A stretch of DNA of 63,732 nucleotides, the filler included, from Octopus bimaculoides (lineage: Eukaryota), in the NCBI RefSeq assembly GCF_001194135.2. It is 4 parts of 4 records of this genome, joined end to end, with 100 filler letters (N's around TTAATTAATTAA, not from the genome) between each part and the next. Parts side by side here need not be neighbours in the genome. Positions count along the whole stretch, not along the records: positions 25,525 to 55,553 come from NC_068989.1; 3 more parts are not named here. The stretch is one strand, 5' to 3'. The number at the start of each line of letters is the position of its first letter. Position 1 is the first letter of the stretch. Positions 38,909-53,318 of the stretch are shown here, piece after piece. The translations under genes and the position numbers were made by a program. The notes under the pieces are model-generated. The model searched no databases, was not told the origin of the DNA, and saw only the letters and a program-made list of their open reading frames with translations.

Positions 38909-39442
38909 GATGTATGTATATCGCGTGGGTGTATGATATATGTATTTTTACATGTAACTAACTATATCTATCATTAAGCTTTCTTGTATCTTCTTAGTGT
39001 GTATCTGTGTATTAACTCTAATATATGCACAATAAAATATATTTTGACTTATAACATTTTACGAATGATTATTTTATTCAAAGTTCTAAGTTCGGGCTAT
39101 GATCTCTAATATTTTATTTTAGTCATAAATATCAATTATGTCTTTCTAATTGTTGGAACTTCATTTCTAATTGTTTATATTTTTATTTTCTCCTGATTTT
39201 TAATGTTGCTCGAAAAGATCGCCTTTTAAATTAATTTTATTTATAGATAATTGATTTTGATTTAATAAGATCTCTATTTTCTAATAAATTGAGCGGGGTT
39301 GTTCTTCAGCAACCATTACATTTAAAATGTCACTTTATTATTTCAAAAGAACTCTTTAAATGTAATTACGAACATAATAAATGAACGTTATTTCTTTATT
39401 CTTTATTCGCCCTCTCTTGCTCTCAATCTTTCACTGCATCTC

Positions 39443-39486
<44 letters not shown>

Positions 39487-40361
39487 AATCAAGTTATTTA
39501 TCTCTCTATTTCTCCCTGTATCCATCTCAATTTGGCGCACTTATTTTCACTACATATTCATTTTTTTACGCTTTTTGGTCAGTCGTTTCGATTAAGATAC
39601 AGAGTATACTCGTTCAAACTCACCTCGAAAATTAGGAAGTACAATCCTACATAAATGTGATTTGTATTGTCAATAAAGCTGACAAATCTGGAGATTTCCG
39701 ATACATCAATGTGTATAACTTACGCCTAATGCTGAAATCAGTGGCAAAAATAGTTGATTATTGTCAGTTCCACTGTAAACATAATGCAGTTTATTAAAAG
39801 TAATAATATTTCTATGCATATATGATTTTATATTAAGTAGGCAAGTGATGGTAAAAGTAATAGTTTCTTGTTTTTCCCATTCGTGATAATATATGTTATT
39901 GGAATATATTTCAATGCATGAGTATAAATTTGCTCTCGTTCTGACAAAAGCTTGTCTAATGGTTTTGCTCTTCACCTGATTGGTTATATGCATCATATCA
40001 ATCTATCTGGGGTCCTTTCTATGCTCTTATACATGCACACAGGCACACATAAATATGTACATACATATGTGTGTGTGCATATTTATATGTGTTTTATTAT
40101 GAGTGTTTGTGTATGCGCTTCTAGATATTTATACTTTTTTGTCCTACATCTTCAATTTATCATCCTACGTATTTATGTCACCATTTTTCATTATTTGTTT
40201 CTCTACGACTTTTATATTCGACACAATACACTCGTTATCTCTTTGTGTTTTTGTGGTTCTTATTTTACTCCTGTCTTTCTCTCTATCTCTCTCTCTCTTA
40301 CTTCTCTCTCTTTCTCTCTCTGTCCATTTATCTCTCTCTCTCTCTCTCTTTCTCTCTTTCG

Positions 40362-40415
<54 letters not shown>

Positions 40416-40511
40416 ATCTATCTATCAATATCTTGTTCTTTCTCTTTCGATTTCTTTACTTTTCTCTGTCTCTTTCTCCTTCTAACTCTGACTTTTTCTC
40501 TCTTCCGCTCT

Positions 40512-40567
<56 letters not shown>

Positions 40568-41596
40568 TGTTTCTTCACTCTTTTACCTCTTGCTCTCACG
40601 ACATGTACGCACAATAAGATCATGTTTCTTTATCTAAACTTAAAACAAACAATCTCAGCCATAATAAGATATCGATCTCCCTGGGATCAATATATCAGAT
40701 AATATCAGCTAAGATTAATTGATTAGCAATTTTTTAATTCTTCCTTAACAACACTAAGTCACCCTATGCATAGTGAATACAAACTCTCGCACGCATTAAT
40801 ACAATGAATGAGACAACGACACACTTTCCACAGTCACGTACGTACAGTTCAATATCAACATATACTTACACATACATATACACATACGTTCATACATACA
40901 TGTACACATATATAAATGCATATATATATAGTGTATGCATATACATGTGTGTATGTATATATATAATAGATATATATAGTATGTGAACGCATATGTATGC
41001 GTGTATGTATATGTATACACACACAGACACACACTCAGGACAGAGACAGACAGACACAGTTGAAAGTGCGTATAAATGAATGCATATATGCAATTTAAAT
41101 GAGTACTCAGAAAACTGTACTTGCTTCAAAGTAACTTTTCTTTCTAAAATACCCGCAGACGTATCAGTGCATTTTTCTTCCATTGTGCCTAGCTGTTGCT
41201 ATCTGACATATCTAAGGGGGATGGAACTAACAAAGTGTCCATTCAAACCGTTGCTAGTGATAAGCGATTATATGTTTTATGTATTAAACATAATTAAAGC
41301 ACCAAGTGACTGCCTCGGAGGGAATTATCAACACATTGAAGCAAAGTATGGGTTCCAAAGCATGACCGACGCGTTAAGAATGTTCTTCATTGACAATATT
41401 CAAACTGGCTGGAATCAGTACTAGTGAAATGTACTTGCGCGCACACACGTATATATACATACACAAACACACCCACACATACGTACATACTCACAGGCAC
41501 ACATGCGCACACGGATACGCACGCACGCTATCCAACACACGTGTGTGTGTATCTGTAAATTTTTATACACACACAAAGAGACACACACACACACAT

Positions 41597-41713
<117 letters not shown>

Positions 41714-42529
41714 CAAAAACGAATGAAATTGTATGTTGATGTATCCATATATTTATTGCCTGGATATTCATACGCTACGTCACTAGTTTCGCTATAAACT
41801 GGTTTTTAAGATGTCGTTTCTTATTAAGATATACATGATTGTAAGAACATATTTTATACATGCGTGGTTCTATAATTTAGCTTATAAGATTTAACGGCTT
41901 GATCACTACAGACCTGTAAATATGCGTATTTAAATGCCTCAATATGTGCCTATTCGTATGTAATCGTATATCCTTTATGTCTAAAAGATCTGCACGCTCA
42001 AGATTTCTCACTCTATTTATTAGAAAAGAAAAGTCATTCTAACCTTACTATTAATTAAGGACAAATAGCTATTTGAAGAGAAAAGAGAATGAATAAATAG
42101 AAATCAAAAGGAATTCCGTGAGCAAATGGGAATTCTGCAGTTGGGATTTCGGTTCGTATCAATTTATAAAATAGATTACTTAAGAGCGCAAAGAATAACT
42201 GCAAATGAAAATAGAAAGGATATGTACGTTGTTGCTGAAATTCTGATTGTTCCTGTTGGGGCTTTGGCAATGTTTGTCTTTGTGTAGACCTAAATGCACA
42301 TGATGGTATAAATATATTATTTGACCTTATCCAGTATTCTGGTTCGACGTTTGAATGCCAGTTGATATTCCATGGTGTAAAAACATTCCAGAAAGCAGTT
42401 TATGACATATCCCAACACTTTGTGTAATTTCATTCCCCAGCTATGCGTTACCAACACACATTACACACAAACACAAGCACACACACAAACACGCACACGT
42501 GTTTGTGTGTTTGTGTGTATGTAAGTAAT

Positions 42530-42692
42530 TCTTTTGTACAGTAGGCACAAGGCCTGCACTTTGTGGGGAGGGATTTGTCGATAGGATGAATATCGAAGTT
42601 GGACCCGGCGAAACCTGATCTCAGAACGTAAAGACGTACGAAGTGCCATGAAGCATTTTGTCTGATTTGCTAATAATTCTGCCAGCTTTCCT
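42530..42692 (-). mobile_element. tRNA-derived SINE, decayed
   Basis: CTCAGAACGTAAAGACG and AAGCATTTTGTCTGATTTGCTAATAATTCTGCCAGCT match the reverse of the 51416 family head. Confidence 0.7.
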
Positions 42693-43493
42693 CACATAAG
42701 AACTGATATAAATTTCTCTAGATATGCTTTATATCGTATAGAGTAAGGCAGGGATTATAAAAGAGACAAACAGAGATTTATCATAAGAGGTGAGGGACGA
42801 GAGCCAATACTTCGGGAGGAGTACGGAATGAGTGCCAATACTTGGTTTGGCTCCAGTATTGAATAAAGAATGCTAAACACACAATGGATGAAGAACGCTA
42901 AACCCACATACTTAAAGATAAAGAATAATAACACAGAGGAGCAGAAGGGAGAGTAAATGGCAAACAGACAGAGAGAATGTGTGTGTATGTGTGTGTGTGA
43001 ATGGGAAATGAATGAAATTACAACAGCTGAGACAAGTGCATTACAATGTATGAAATATGATAGAAATAAAGTAAGTAAAACTAGAGAGGCTAGAAAGAGC
43101 AGCATGGATATAGAATAACCCCAGAGAAGGGAGAGAAGGGAGGAGGTAAACTGTAGGATAGAGAGTGATAGAGAGTAGAGATTGGGCAGGTAGAGAGATA
43201 GACTGAGGATGAGAGGTAGACTATTGTATACGTATTACAGAAAGGATTAGAACCTATCATATGAATTTCTGTTTTCTTTTTTAACAGTGAATATCATATT
43301 CGCTGTGGAATTGTGAAACACCTCTGTGCTTCCGCTTCCGAGTTTGTACGGAAACAGCAATAATATCATACATTAAAAAAGCTACTCCTACTGGCATCAA
43401 CCATCAAAATAATCTTCGAACCCCTCCACAACTTATTACACATTTATATCTCACAAAATGAAGTATTACGTACATACACACAGACACGTACAC

Positions 43494-43547
<54 letters not shown>

Positions 43548-43666
43548 ACACACACACATACTCAGACACACACATCAGTCTATCCAAATGCTGCAGCCTT
43601 ACGTTCACAAGTATTTCATCAATGACATCACATCTACAATTGAATTAAGAAGTACACATACAATAC

Positions 43667-43838
43667 TGTTGAGTCGACGCCCCCAGGCGAAGAAGTAGGA
43701 TCTCCCAAGACATAAATAGAGGTAGTCTGGCCGTGGTAGGTGTGTTGAGTAGCGGTCGAGTAGCAGTTGTTTGGCGGTTGAGTAGAGATCATCTGAAGGT
43801 GCTAGATAGCAGTAGCTTGAGACATAACAAATACAACA
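43667..43838. mobile_element. Probable solo LTR (172 bp)
   Basis: TGTTG...CAACA termini, flanks ATAC/GTAC (4-bp target duplication with one mismatch), and GC-richer than the surroundings. Confidence 0.5.
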
Positions 43839-44083
43839 GTACAACATAACTCACACACACTTCTCGCTCGATCCTTTTCTCAAACCATATACTGAATCTA
43901 GTAAATTCATTGTCAATTTCTTCACAACTACACGCAAATCTGCATAACGGCGTCTTGCATACACCTTACTCAAAAAATTAATTCTCCTAGCCATACAAAT
44001 ACATCTTGGGTCATAAACTTGACACCGTTGCTCGAAGACGCATACATTAATATATTTCACGCATCAATTCCTTTCATACATAC

Positions 44084-44122
<39 letters not shown>

Positions 44123-47100
44123 TGTGTATTCCTTCTTGATGGCAGTCTCTGATCTAAATGTCTATTTATATTCCATTTATATTTTTCTCTACAACTCAGT
44201 TATATCGATTTAGTGTTTATTTAGTTTTTGCGGTTGTATTTTTTTTTTATTCTTAGTTTCTTTGTATTCCTTCTGAATTGGATTTACCAGGATACAAATT
44301 ATGGTACCTATCTAGACATAACCCAGATTAGTGCCGAGATTAATATTTATTATTTACCAAAGAAGAATTAAATATAATTTCGTTCTGAAATCAAAATGTT
44401 TGCAGGTTGAGCAACCGCATTAACAACTAGGCTCCAAATTACAAGATGACTATTGTGCCTGTCATACAGAAAATCCGAAGCTCCAAAATTTCAAATATAA
44501 TCATTTCAAATTAGTGACTAATTCCACAAATTATAGGAAAATGTGTACACGCGATTGTAATTGCTTGCTGGGTTTCATTCACGATGTGTAAATTTTAGAG
44601 TCATTTATTTATGACAAGGCAAATATATTAATGAATATCTTATTGCATGACATTTCTTGATGATGTTAATTGAACACACATGTGGCTCAGTGAAATTGTG
44701 AAATATCAGTCAATTCTCAATTATACAAATAATGAGATTAATATAAATTAATACTCAATAAATCAATTATGTTTACACCAACAAAAAACAGACGTGATCA
44801 CACATATACACACAAACAAATCTTTGACAGGCACGTACTCAGGCATCTGTATGTGTATTTATACATGTGTGTATGCGTGTGTGGGTGTGTGGAGAGAGAG
44901 AGAGAGAGAGGGGGGGGGGAAGGGATAGAAAGTGATATCTTAAGTCAGAGACTTGAGATCATTGCTTCGAATTTATACCTAACACGTATTTTGGCTCATA
45001 ATCTCTACACTAAATTGCTTTTGAGCGATTAACATCATCGATGAAAAAGAAAATGTTGTTAGATGTAGCAGACAATTAAGGATAAAAAGTTAAAAATCTG
45101 CTAAATGTTTTAGTGAAATGTATTTCTTTAGAAGTTTGACAGATTTGTCTTGTCTGGACGTCATTAGTAGCCCAACGATAAGTTTTCATTGCCAATAAAG
45201 AATTTTCTCTCCTGAGATACGATCTGCGGTGAAGGCCTTTCCATATTTGAGTACACAGGAAAGTGTTGAATAAATCAGTATGTAGTTATATTTTAGTCAT
45301 TACAGCTTAACGTGCCACTAATTTGCTTAATTGATTAGTATTATAAATTGCTTGGCTGGTAAGATATGGAATTATGCATTAAATTTGGAAGTCTATTTTA
45401 TTTTTTAAAAAATAGGAGAGAAAACCTCTCAGTAGTTTTAACCCAGCAGCATCAAAATCGGAAGAGAAAGCCCAATCCCCAAACAAATAGCGTGATACAA
45501 ACTCAATTTAGTTGCAGAAGAATCAAGGATTGAACTCCAAATAATAGCATATTAACGAAACAGAAACAATAATAACAATAATATTCCCAGTAGCTGAGTC
45601 GTTTCAAGGACACACTATGTTAATGAAACTAAGCTATTATTGGGTACAGAATAACAGTGTTGGCAGCACAAAAAATACAGCACATAACAGCAATATAAAG
45701 AAAAAGCAGAAATTATGTGAATTTCATTTTCCAAACGAATAGTTTTCAATGAAGTAGACATTTACTAATAATACTAAGAAATAATAATAAACAATGTATA
45801 TGACTACGGCTGCATTTATTGTATCAGAGTAAACAATTTTCACAAAGGAAACTTTAAAATATATCACTATGTGCAGCAGATCATAGGGCATTTGACACTC
45901 TCATTAAATTAAGAGGACGTTCACTGACAATTCTGTGCCCGTGAAACGGCAACACGTATACGATTTATACTCTATGCCAACGACTTTGTTCAGGTTTTCC
46001 TAGCAAGCACGTTTTCTTCTCATTTCTAATTCTCTCAGCAGAGACTGAACGTCTCTGAAATAATATACAAAAACATACTAAAGGCACACTTTCTTGCTTG
46101 GAAATTTATCAAGAAATCCGCAAAGAGACTAATATTTTCAGATATCACATTTCTCTCGCCGATACGCTGTGCACACCACACACCAAAAAAGCTAATAATA
46201 ATAACTATCAATTCACTGCTACTTCCCAGCAGTGAATTGCCATCGAAGTAAATTCAACTTATTTATGCTTCTAATTGTTATTTACCATGTTTAATGTCTG
46301 CCATTGGTGTAAATTCTGGCCTCATATTTTGCTATTTTTTTTTTATTGTTTAAGTCGGTGAACATTTGCCATAATGTGGTTCCGCGTAGAAAAAATCAGT
46401 TAATGAAATCAACCCAAGTATTTTGTATTTCACTTGTGCTATTCACCGCAGGAGAAGTACAGCCAAGTTTGGCCGGAGAACTATTACAAAAATGATCTAT
46501 ATGTAAAGAGAATTCTTTTAATTAGCTAATTTACAAATGCAAATGTACTTTAAATTAGCTAATAAATGAATACAAAGATGCTTTCCGATAATCGTTTTGG
46601 CTCTCTCACCTTGGTCAAATTTCATCTTCTTGAGATCGAGGCATAAAGTACCAGTCCCTTACAGAAATCTTTTCTTTTCTGGCTTCCTGATTTCCTTTCT
46701 TTTTATATCTCTCCTCCTAGGAGAAATCAACTGAAGTCAGACGTGGGAAGGTTTAGACTCCACTACAGCCAAAATGGCATTCACAATGGCACTACTACAT
46801 TTTCATTACAGATTTAAGTCCTATGCCATGGAAGACATCGTTTTGTATACATGTACATACATGTTGATATATTCATTTAAATGAATACAAGCAAATATTA
46901 ATATATACCGGTATTGATATATACACCTATTAAATTATAGATGCCGTAATGTATAACTGCTCGATTAGCTCCCCTATACCGGAAGAAATCTCTAATTACC
47001 TCCCCCTATCTAGAACTCTTCTTTCTCAGACTGGAACGAACTCGACACAATGAAGTAGGGAAATTTGAAAAGACAACACGAAACCGGTTATTTCTCAAAA

Positions 47101-50100
47101 TACAATGTTTATATACCAAAAAGATTTTATAACATTTTTCTAACATTTTTCTTAAATTTTTCTGACATAATTTAAATACATACTTTAACCATGTAACACA
47201 AGCCTTCTGTAGTTGTTTCACTCGTATTATCTTATATATATATATACTTATTTATATACGTATGAATAAATATACATATTTGCATACATATATTAATCCA
47301 TTACCAATCACTAATCAATATATTGTATTTTATGCATATTGAATATTTCTCTACTTTTACGTATTGCTTTAAAATAATTGTATATACACGTAATTTATAT
47401 ACAGATCAACCACTGAACAATATAATATGCATATTATATTGTCTTGTGATATATGCATAAACGTAAAACGTATGCTCATGAGAAAAGCTATTATATTTTC
47501 AACTTTGAAGGAATTTGAAAAATGTCTGTTCTGTTCTTACTTTTTATTTCTTTTATTGCATGTAATCATTTATTGTCTATTCTGAGAGTAATCAACTTAT
47601 TTTACCATATAGTATATATATATATATTTCGTCAAAGCGACAGCAAGAACTGTCTACGAGCATTGTAAGTGTTAGTGTGTGAGTTTTTATTTGTGCGTGT
47701 GTGCGTTTTGTGTTTGAGCAAGTACATGTGTCGGCATTAGTGTTTGTATTATATATTTCTGTCTGTGTGAGCAAGTTTCTACTCATTGTACATACAACTT
47801 TGTTTTGCATTATTTCCCAAATATAAAAGACGATCAGTTTTATTCTCCTCGTTTCTGCGACTCCCTTCTCTTGAACTAAATTAATATTTATTGATTCCGG
47901 TCGAACGATTCGATTGTCATTTAAAACCACTTCAGCTAACCTATGCAGTTAAATCCCTCGGAGACATAAATCTTCATCCTACCATAAAATTGTGTATGCT
48001 ATAAATCTGGGAAAATGTAATCACTAGAATTCACGTGGACAATGGACAGCCTTCCCAGTAAACAATTAATACATCTCGAATGAAAAATGTTAACCTATTC
48101 TTTGTTTAATTCCGATAAATACAAATTTCTTAATTTTTTTAAAAATTTGTATCCTTGGTAGAAATTCACATACTTTGTTATTTATTTATTAATATAATGT
48201 CTGTGTAATTTCTATTTGAAAGATAAAATGACCTGTTGTATTGGGCATTGGAATTGTTGATCGTCAGTTCAAATGGCCTTGCATTGAATATATGAAAAGA
48301 AATTATTTTCTGTATAAAGTCAGTTCATCTCGTTTTCGAATATAAATGTTATATGATGTTGTTTAGCAAAATTTCAATTTTGGTTCTATGATGAAAGTCA
48401 TTCAAGTAATCACCATTTTGATTTTATATATATCTAGGTCTACATTACCGAACGTGGCAGTTGCTTCTTTTATAGTTTGACGTGTGATTTGAGGAAAATA
48501 CTACTGTCAGAAAGCCTCATAAAAGTAGCCTTAAAATTTTCAAAAATAAAAAAAAATTGTTTATATCCATGGAGCTTTAAAATCGTTTTTAGCCAGATCG
48601 ATATCCTGGCACCATGTGATGTGATGTTTGGTGCCTAACATTTCATTTTACATGTAACCATCACACCTTCATCACACGCTATTGATGTGAGCTTCTGCCA
48701 CCATAAACATGACAAAATAATATATCCAGTGTTTGCTGTTACTTCGCTTTTAATCTATTTTTAACAATATAGAGATATGATTCCCCACTATTATTCCCCA
48801 TTATTAGTAGATGTGTATTAGGTACAGTTACATATGATTTGAACTTTACTTTCACAGAATGTCACAATTACCAAGTAACAACTGAACTCAAAAGTGCAGG
48901 CAGATATATGATTCACGGTAGAGCTATTTTCATACTTACAACGGCCTACTGTACTAATTTATTTACAACAATGTGAACTAATTCAGTGAGGAAATTGTGT
49001 CTAGATGTCGGACACTGCAGTGTAGTACAAAGAGCAGTATGGGTCCTAAATTTACTAATTTAATGAACTTAATTATAAATGAAACTACCGCTTATAAGGA
49101 ACCTTAATTTATTTGACCAAGAAACTATATAATTAAATATTGAATACAATCTCACTTATTGCTTGAAGGAATGTTTTTCTTCCGAAACTTAAACATGTTC
49201 ATTGGAAAATTTGATGAGTGAATGTCCTTGTCCATTTGAATTAAAATTATTCTTAAAGTGCAGCTGAAGAAGTTGCTTATATCTTCAAGATTATTTCGTT
49301 CGAGCTTCTTCAGCATTGAAATTATATCCAAATTTGTAGTTTTAATGGCTTAACATTCATTTATTTTCTTATAGGAGATAAAATCTACTTTTATTGTTTC
49401 TGTAGTCTCGTCATTTTATTTTACGTTTTGACAGACTTATATTTAAGTGGATCTTGATTGATGATTTTATTTTGGTGCAAGCAAAAGTACAGCAAGAAAT
49501 TACTGACGTTGACGTTTGAATTATTGTCTTAAATATAAGTTAGATGCTATGTTGTGGTATATTCGTGACATACACACGCGGGGATATCATTTAGCAGTAT
49601 CGATAGAACGCTAGGCAAAATCCTTAGTGGCATTTCGTCTGTCTTTACGTTCAAGCACCAACTACAATGGTGCTGTTTCTACTCAACGTCATTTATGAAT
49701 TCCAAACGCACCATGAGAGTTTTATGCTGATTGTTACAAAAGCGAGCTGATAGTGAAACGAAACTCAATTTTATCTGTTACTTTACACTAGTTCCTTGGA
49801 GCTGATCCGAAGTCTAGACTTTGGAAAGCCGCTGCAATGCTAATCAAGTGAATTTGGGCGCGTGCAATTATCTATCTGTTGCTTCCACACTATCACTATT
49901 TCACAGTAACATGTTTCGCATGCAGTAGTCACGTTTTGAGTTTCCATTTAAATAGAGCATACAATGTACTTTAATACACACTTGGTAATAATGTATGTAT
50001 GCTGCATTGGTCATTTGTATTTGGGGAAGAACTATTTGCATCAAACAAACTTTACTCTAACGCTGTGATCACTCGAACAGTTGGAAAGCGCGGCCCAATT

Positions 50101-51415
50101 TACCATCACTCACACTTCATTTCTCACAAGTGAGAAAGAGAAATTAAGTAGTTTTAAATGTATAATATTTAAATAAAATACCAGATATTCCGCGTAAGGA
50201 GTGTTTTCTCTCAAAGGTCTTCTGGATCAAGGATTACCTGCAGCTAATCACCAGCATGAAGTATCCAACCTAACTAATTAAAGGATCTCAGAGGTATATT
50301 TAAACCAGTGCAAATTAAATAATTTCATAAGAAATGTGTTTAACCAGTCTTCTCATCGTATGCACCATCCTAATAGAATATTTTCAAACTCTTAATTAGC
50401 CTAATTATTGAAAGTCAAATATTTATTGTCGTTCCTTCATAAAATTCGCTTTCCGCGGGCTATATAATCGAAGAGCCTATTCAGGTTTTTCCCAAGTCGA
50501 TCGATATCATATTTAGTTGTTCATTTCTTTTGTATAACTAATTCTCATTTACAACACGAACATGATAGCCTCCCCTCCAATAAAAATACTTCATCTTATC
50601 AAAGTAAACATCTCTTACAAAATAAAATACTGGAGTCTTGCAATAAATGAATACACGTGAGGGTTTATATGATTAGATTATTACATAAAGTGTAAATCGA
50701 AATCATTTTTCATCACAGAAAATATTAAAAGATTATGCGTAGGTGGCTCATTTATGAAGAGGAGAAAACTTACATTATTTAAGTTGTTTGTACAGTTGAG
50801 AAACTTCAGTAATGAGGCTTATAAAATCATTTGCATGTACTTTATACAACCAACACAAAGTATGATAGTAATGATATTTCATATTATCTAATAGACTGAT
50901 ACATTCGCTGTGACGAAACAATATGAAAACAGAAATGTTATGTTTGCTTTTGTTGATAGTTTTGAGCATACAAATATATTGCGAAAATGAATGTTGTAGG
51001 AAAATAATAGTTTTAGGAATTCCATCTTTGTCTTTTCAATCGTTCTGCTTAATTTTTCTTCGTTTGCAGATTGATTATAAATTATTCATTTCGTGATATA
51101 AAAATTATAACTTTATATTCATACTTGTTCCGTGCTGAATGATGATGCAGCAGCAAAAGAATATGAATAAATCTTGGCAAGCATGGTTTTTGAAACAAGT
51201 TTTCAATACAATAGCAAACTTGGTGTAAATACATTCAAAACAGAAAAAACAAGAAAGACTGAAAAGATAAACATAACTGATTATGTGGTAAGGAAAACAG
51301 CATTATTAATGAAATACAGATCTTACTTTTTATTACTTCAGTAACACAACAGTTTTGGATTGTCAGAATTAATACCACGATGGAAAAATATCTTCGCAAT
51401 ATTTCCTGCGGCAAT

Positions 51416-51980
51416 GGCGGCGAGCTGGCAGAAGCATTATCACGCCGGGCGAAATGCTTAGCAGTTTTTCGTGTGTCTTTAAGTTCTGCGTTCAAATTCC
51501 GCCGAGGTCGACTTTGCCTTTCATAATTTCGGGGTCTATAAATTAAGTACTAGTTGCATACTGGGGTCGATCTAATCGATTGGCTCCCTCCCCCAAAAAT
51601 TTGGGCCTTGTGCCTAGAGTAGAGAAGAAAAGAATATTTCTACTGGCAATGGTGGCGAGCGAGCAGAAACGTTAGCACGCTGGGTGAAATGCTAAGCGGT
51701 ATTTCGTCTATTTTTACGTTCCGAGTTTAAATTCCGCCGAGGTCGACTTTGCCTTTCATCCTTTAGGGGTCGATAAATTAAATACCAGCTGCGTATTGGT
51801 GTCGATCTAATCCATAGGTCCTCCCCCTCCTAAAAAATGTCGTGCCTTGTACCTAGAGTAGAAAAGAATATTTCCTCCGGCACATTACGTTCTGAGTTCA
51901 AATCCCGCTGAGATTCTTTTTGCCTTTTCATCTCTTCGGTCTTGATAAAATAAAGTAACAACCAACTATTAAGTCGATGT
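51416..51980 (+). mobile_element. Tandem run of about 2.5 tRNA-derived SINE copies with CpGs intact
   Basis: GGCGGCGAGCTGGCAGAA...CACGCCGGGCGAAATGC...GTTCAAATTCCGCCGAGGTCGACTTTGCCTTTCA, with A-box- and B-box-like motifs. Confidence 0.85.
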
Positions 51981-52199
51981 TCAGGTTTAAAACCCAATTG
52001 AACATTTCTAGATTTGTGCCTTAAATAAAACAACAAATACAACAGTAAGATAAGGGTGCTGCATTAGCGGTCGGGCCAAATTGGTACAGAATTAGAATAA
52101 AAGCTTTGTGTTCCAATTCTTTGAGTTAAATCATACCGAGGTTATAATAACCTTTCATAGTTTCGATGATTTAAAGTGTCTGCGCCATCGTAATGCATT

Positions 52200-52400
52200 T
52201 AAGCTTACTCTCACTTTTGGTTCCAAATTATGGCACAAGACCAGCAGTTTGGGGGGAGAGGCAGTAGGTTGATTACATCGACGCCAATATTCAACTGACA
52301 ATTTATTGACCCGCCGGCGTTTGAATACAGAACGTAAAGACAAACGGAATGCCGCTAAACTTTTTTGCCTGCCCGCTAATGGTTCTGATAGCCTGCTGAC
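52200..52400 (-). mobile_element. tRNA-derived SINE, decayed
   Basis: CAGAACGTAAAGACAAACGGAATGCCGCTAA and TTTATTGACCC segments. Confidence 0.65.
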
Positions 52401-52425
52401 TGTCTTTGTGCCTAAATCTGAGCAT

Positions 52426-52511
<86 letters not shown>

Positions 52512-53041
52512 TCTCTCTCTCTCTATCTTTCTCTCACCCCCTCTCTCTCTCTCTCGCTCTCTCTTTCTTTTTTTTACACTAGTTTGAATTTAGACTTTCA
52601 ACACTCCAGCAACAACAAAACTTCGTACCATACAAGCATTAGAATTGATTTAATCGTCTTAAAACCTCCCAGTAAACAAGATTGTATTCACTTGTATCTG
52701 TCACTACTTCCGCATGATCTTTGTTTATGTTTCCCTGCTTTAATTAGGAGGACAATAACATTTACATTAAGAATCTATTCAATTTTTCGCAAGCCAACAT
52801 GTCCGATATAACCCTTTATTTCATGTTTAGCACCAATTATAAATTTGAGGAACAGGGCGTATTGAATACAGCAAAATGAGGTAAAGATGAATTTCTCTGT
52901 ATGCTCGAACAAGTAGAACAGCTTTCATTGGACATTGGATGAGACTTTAATACTTGTTCGGCTTTAAATGAAGTGGTGCATCCTGAAATATAATAACAAT
53001 GGTTGACAAAGTTCTCATATGCATTGCTATGATTGACCACT

Positions 53042-53218
53042 GAATCCACAATTTTTTTTTATTCTCTCTCTGTTTATTTCCTCGTGTCCCTTTCTGTTGA
53101 AGAGAGTAGGCACAAAACGTAAAAGATTCTCTCACCTTCCAGAGCGTCAAACTAATACACGTGCTTGTTGTTTATACACCTGTCTTCAGCTTTTGTTTTT
53201 CTGTAAATTTCAACTATA
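53042..53218 (+). mobile_element. Solo PLE pLTR-like unit with degenerate hammerhead (53089-53126), ending in (TA)n
   Basis: CCTTT CTGTTGA A GAG AGTAGG CAC AAAACGT A AAAGA; homologous to the 25055-25424 and 56730-56900 units. Confidence 0.7.
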
Positions 53219-53244
53219 TAGATATATACATATATATATTCCTG

Positions 53245-53318
<74 letters not shown>

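Noticed and set aside
49263-49314. 10-bp inverted repeat containing CTGAAGA on both strands
   Set aside because: No coherent stem I or stem II forms, and the loop is long; this is compatible with chance.
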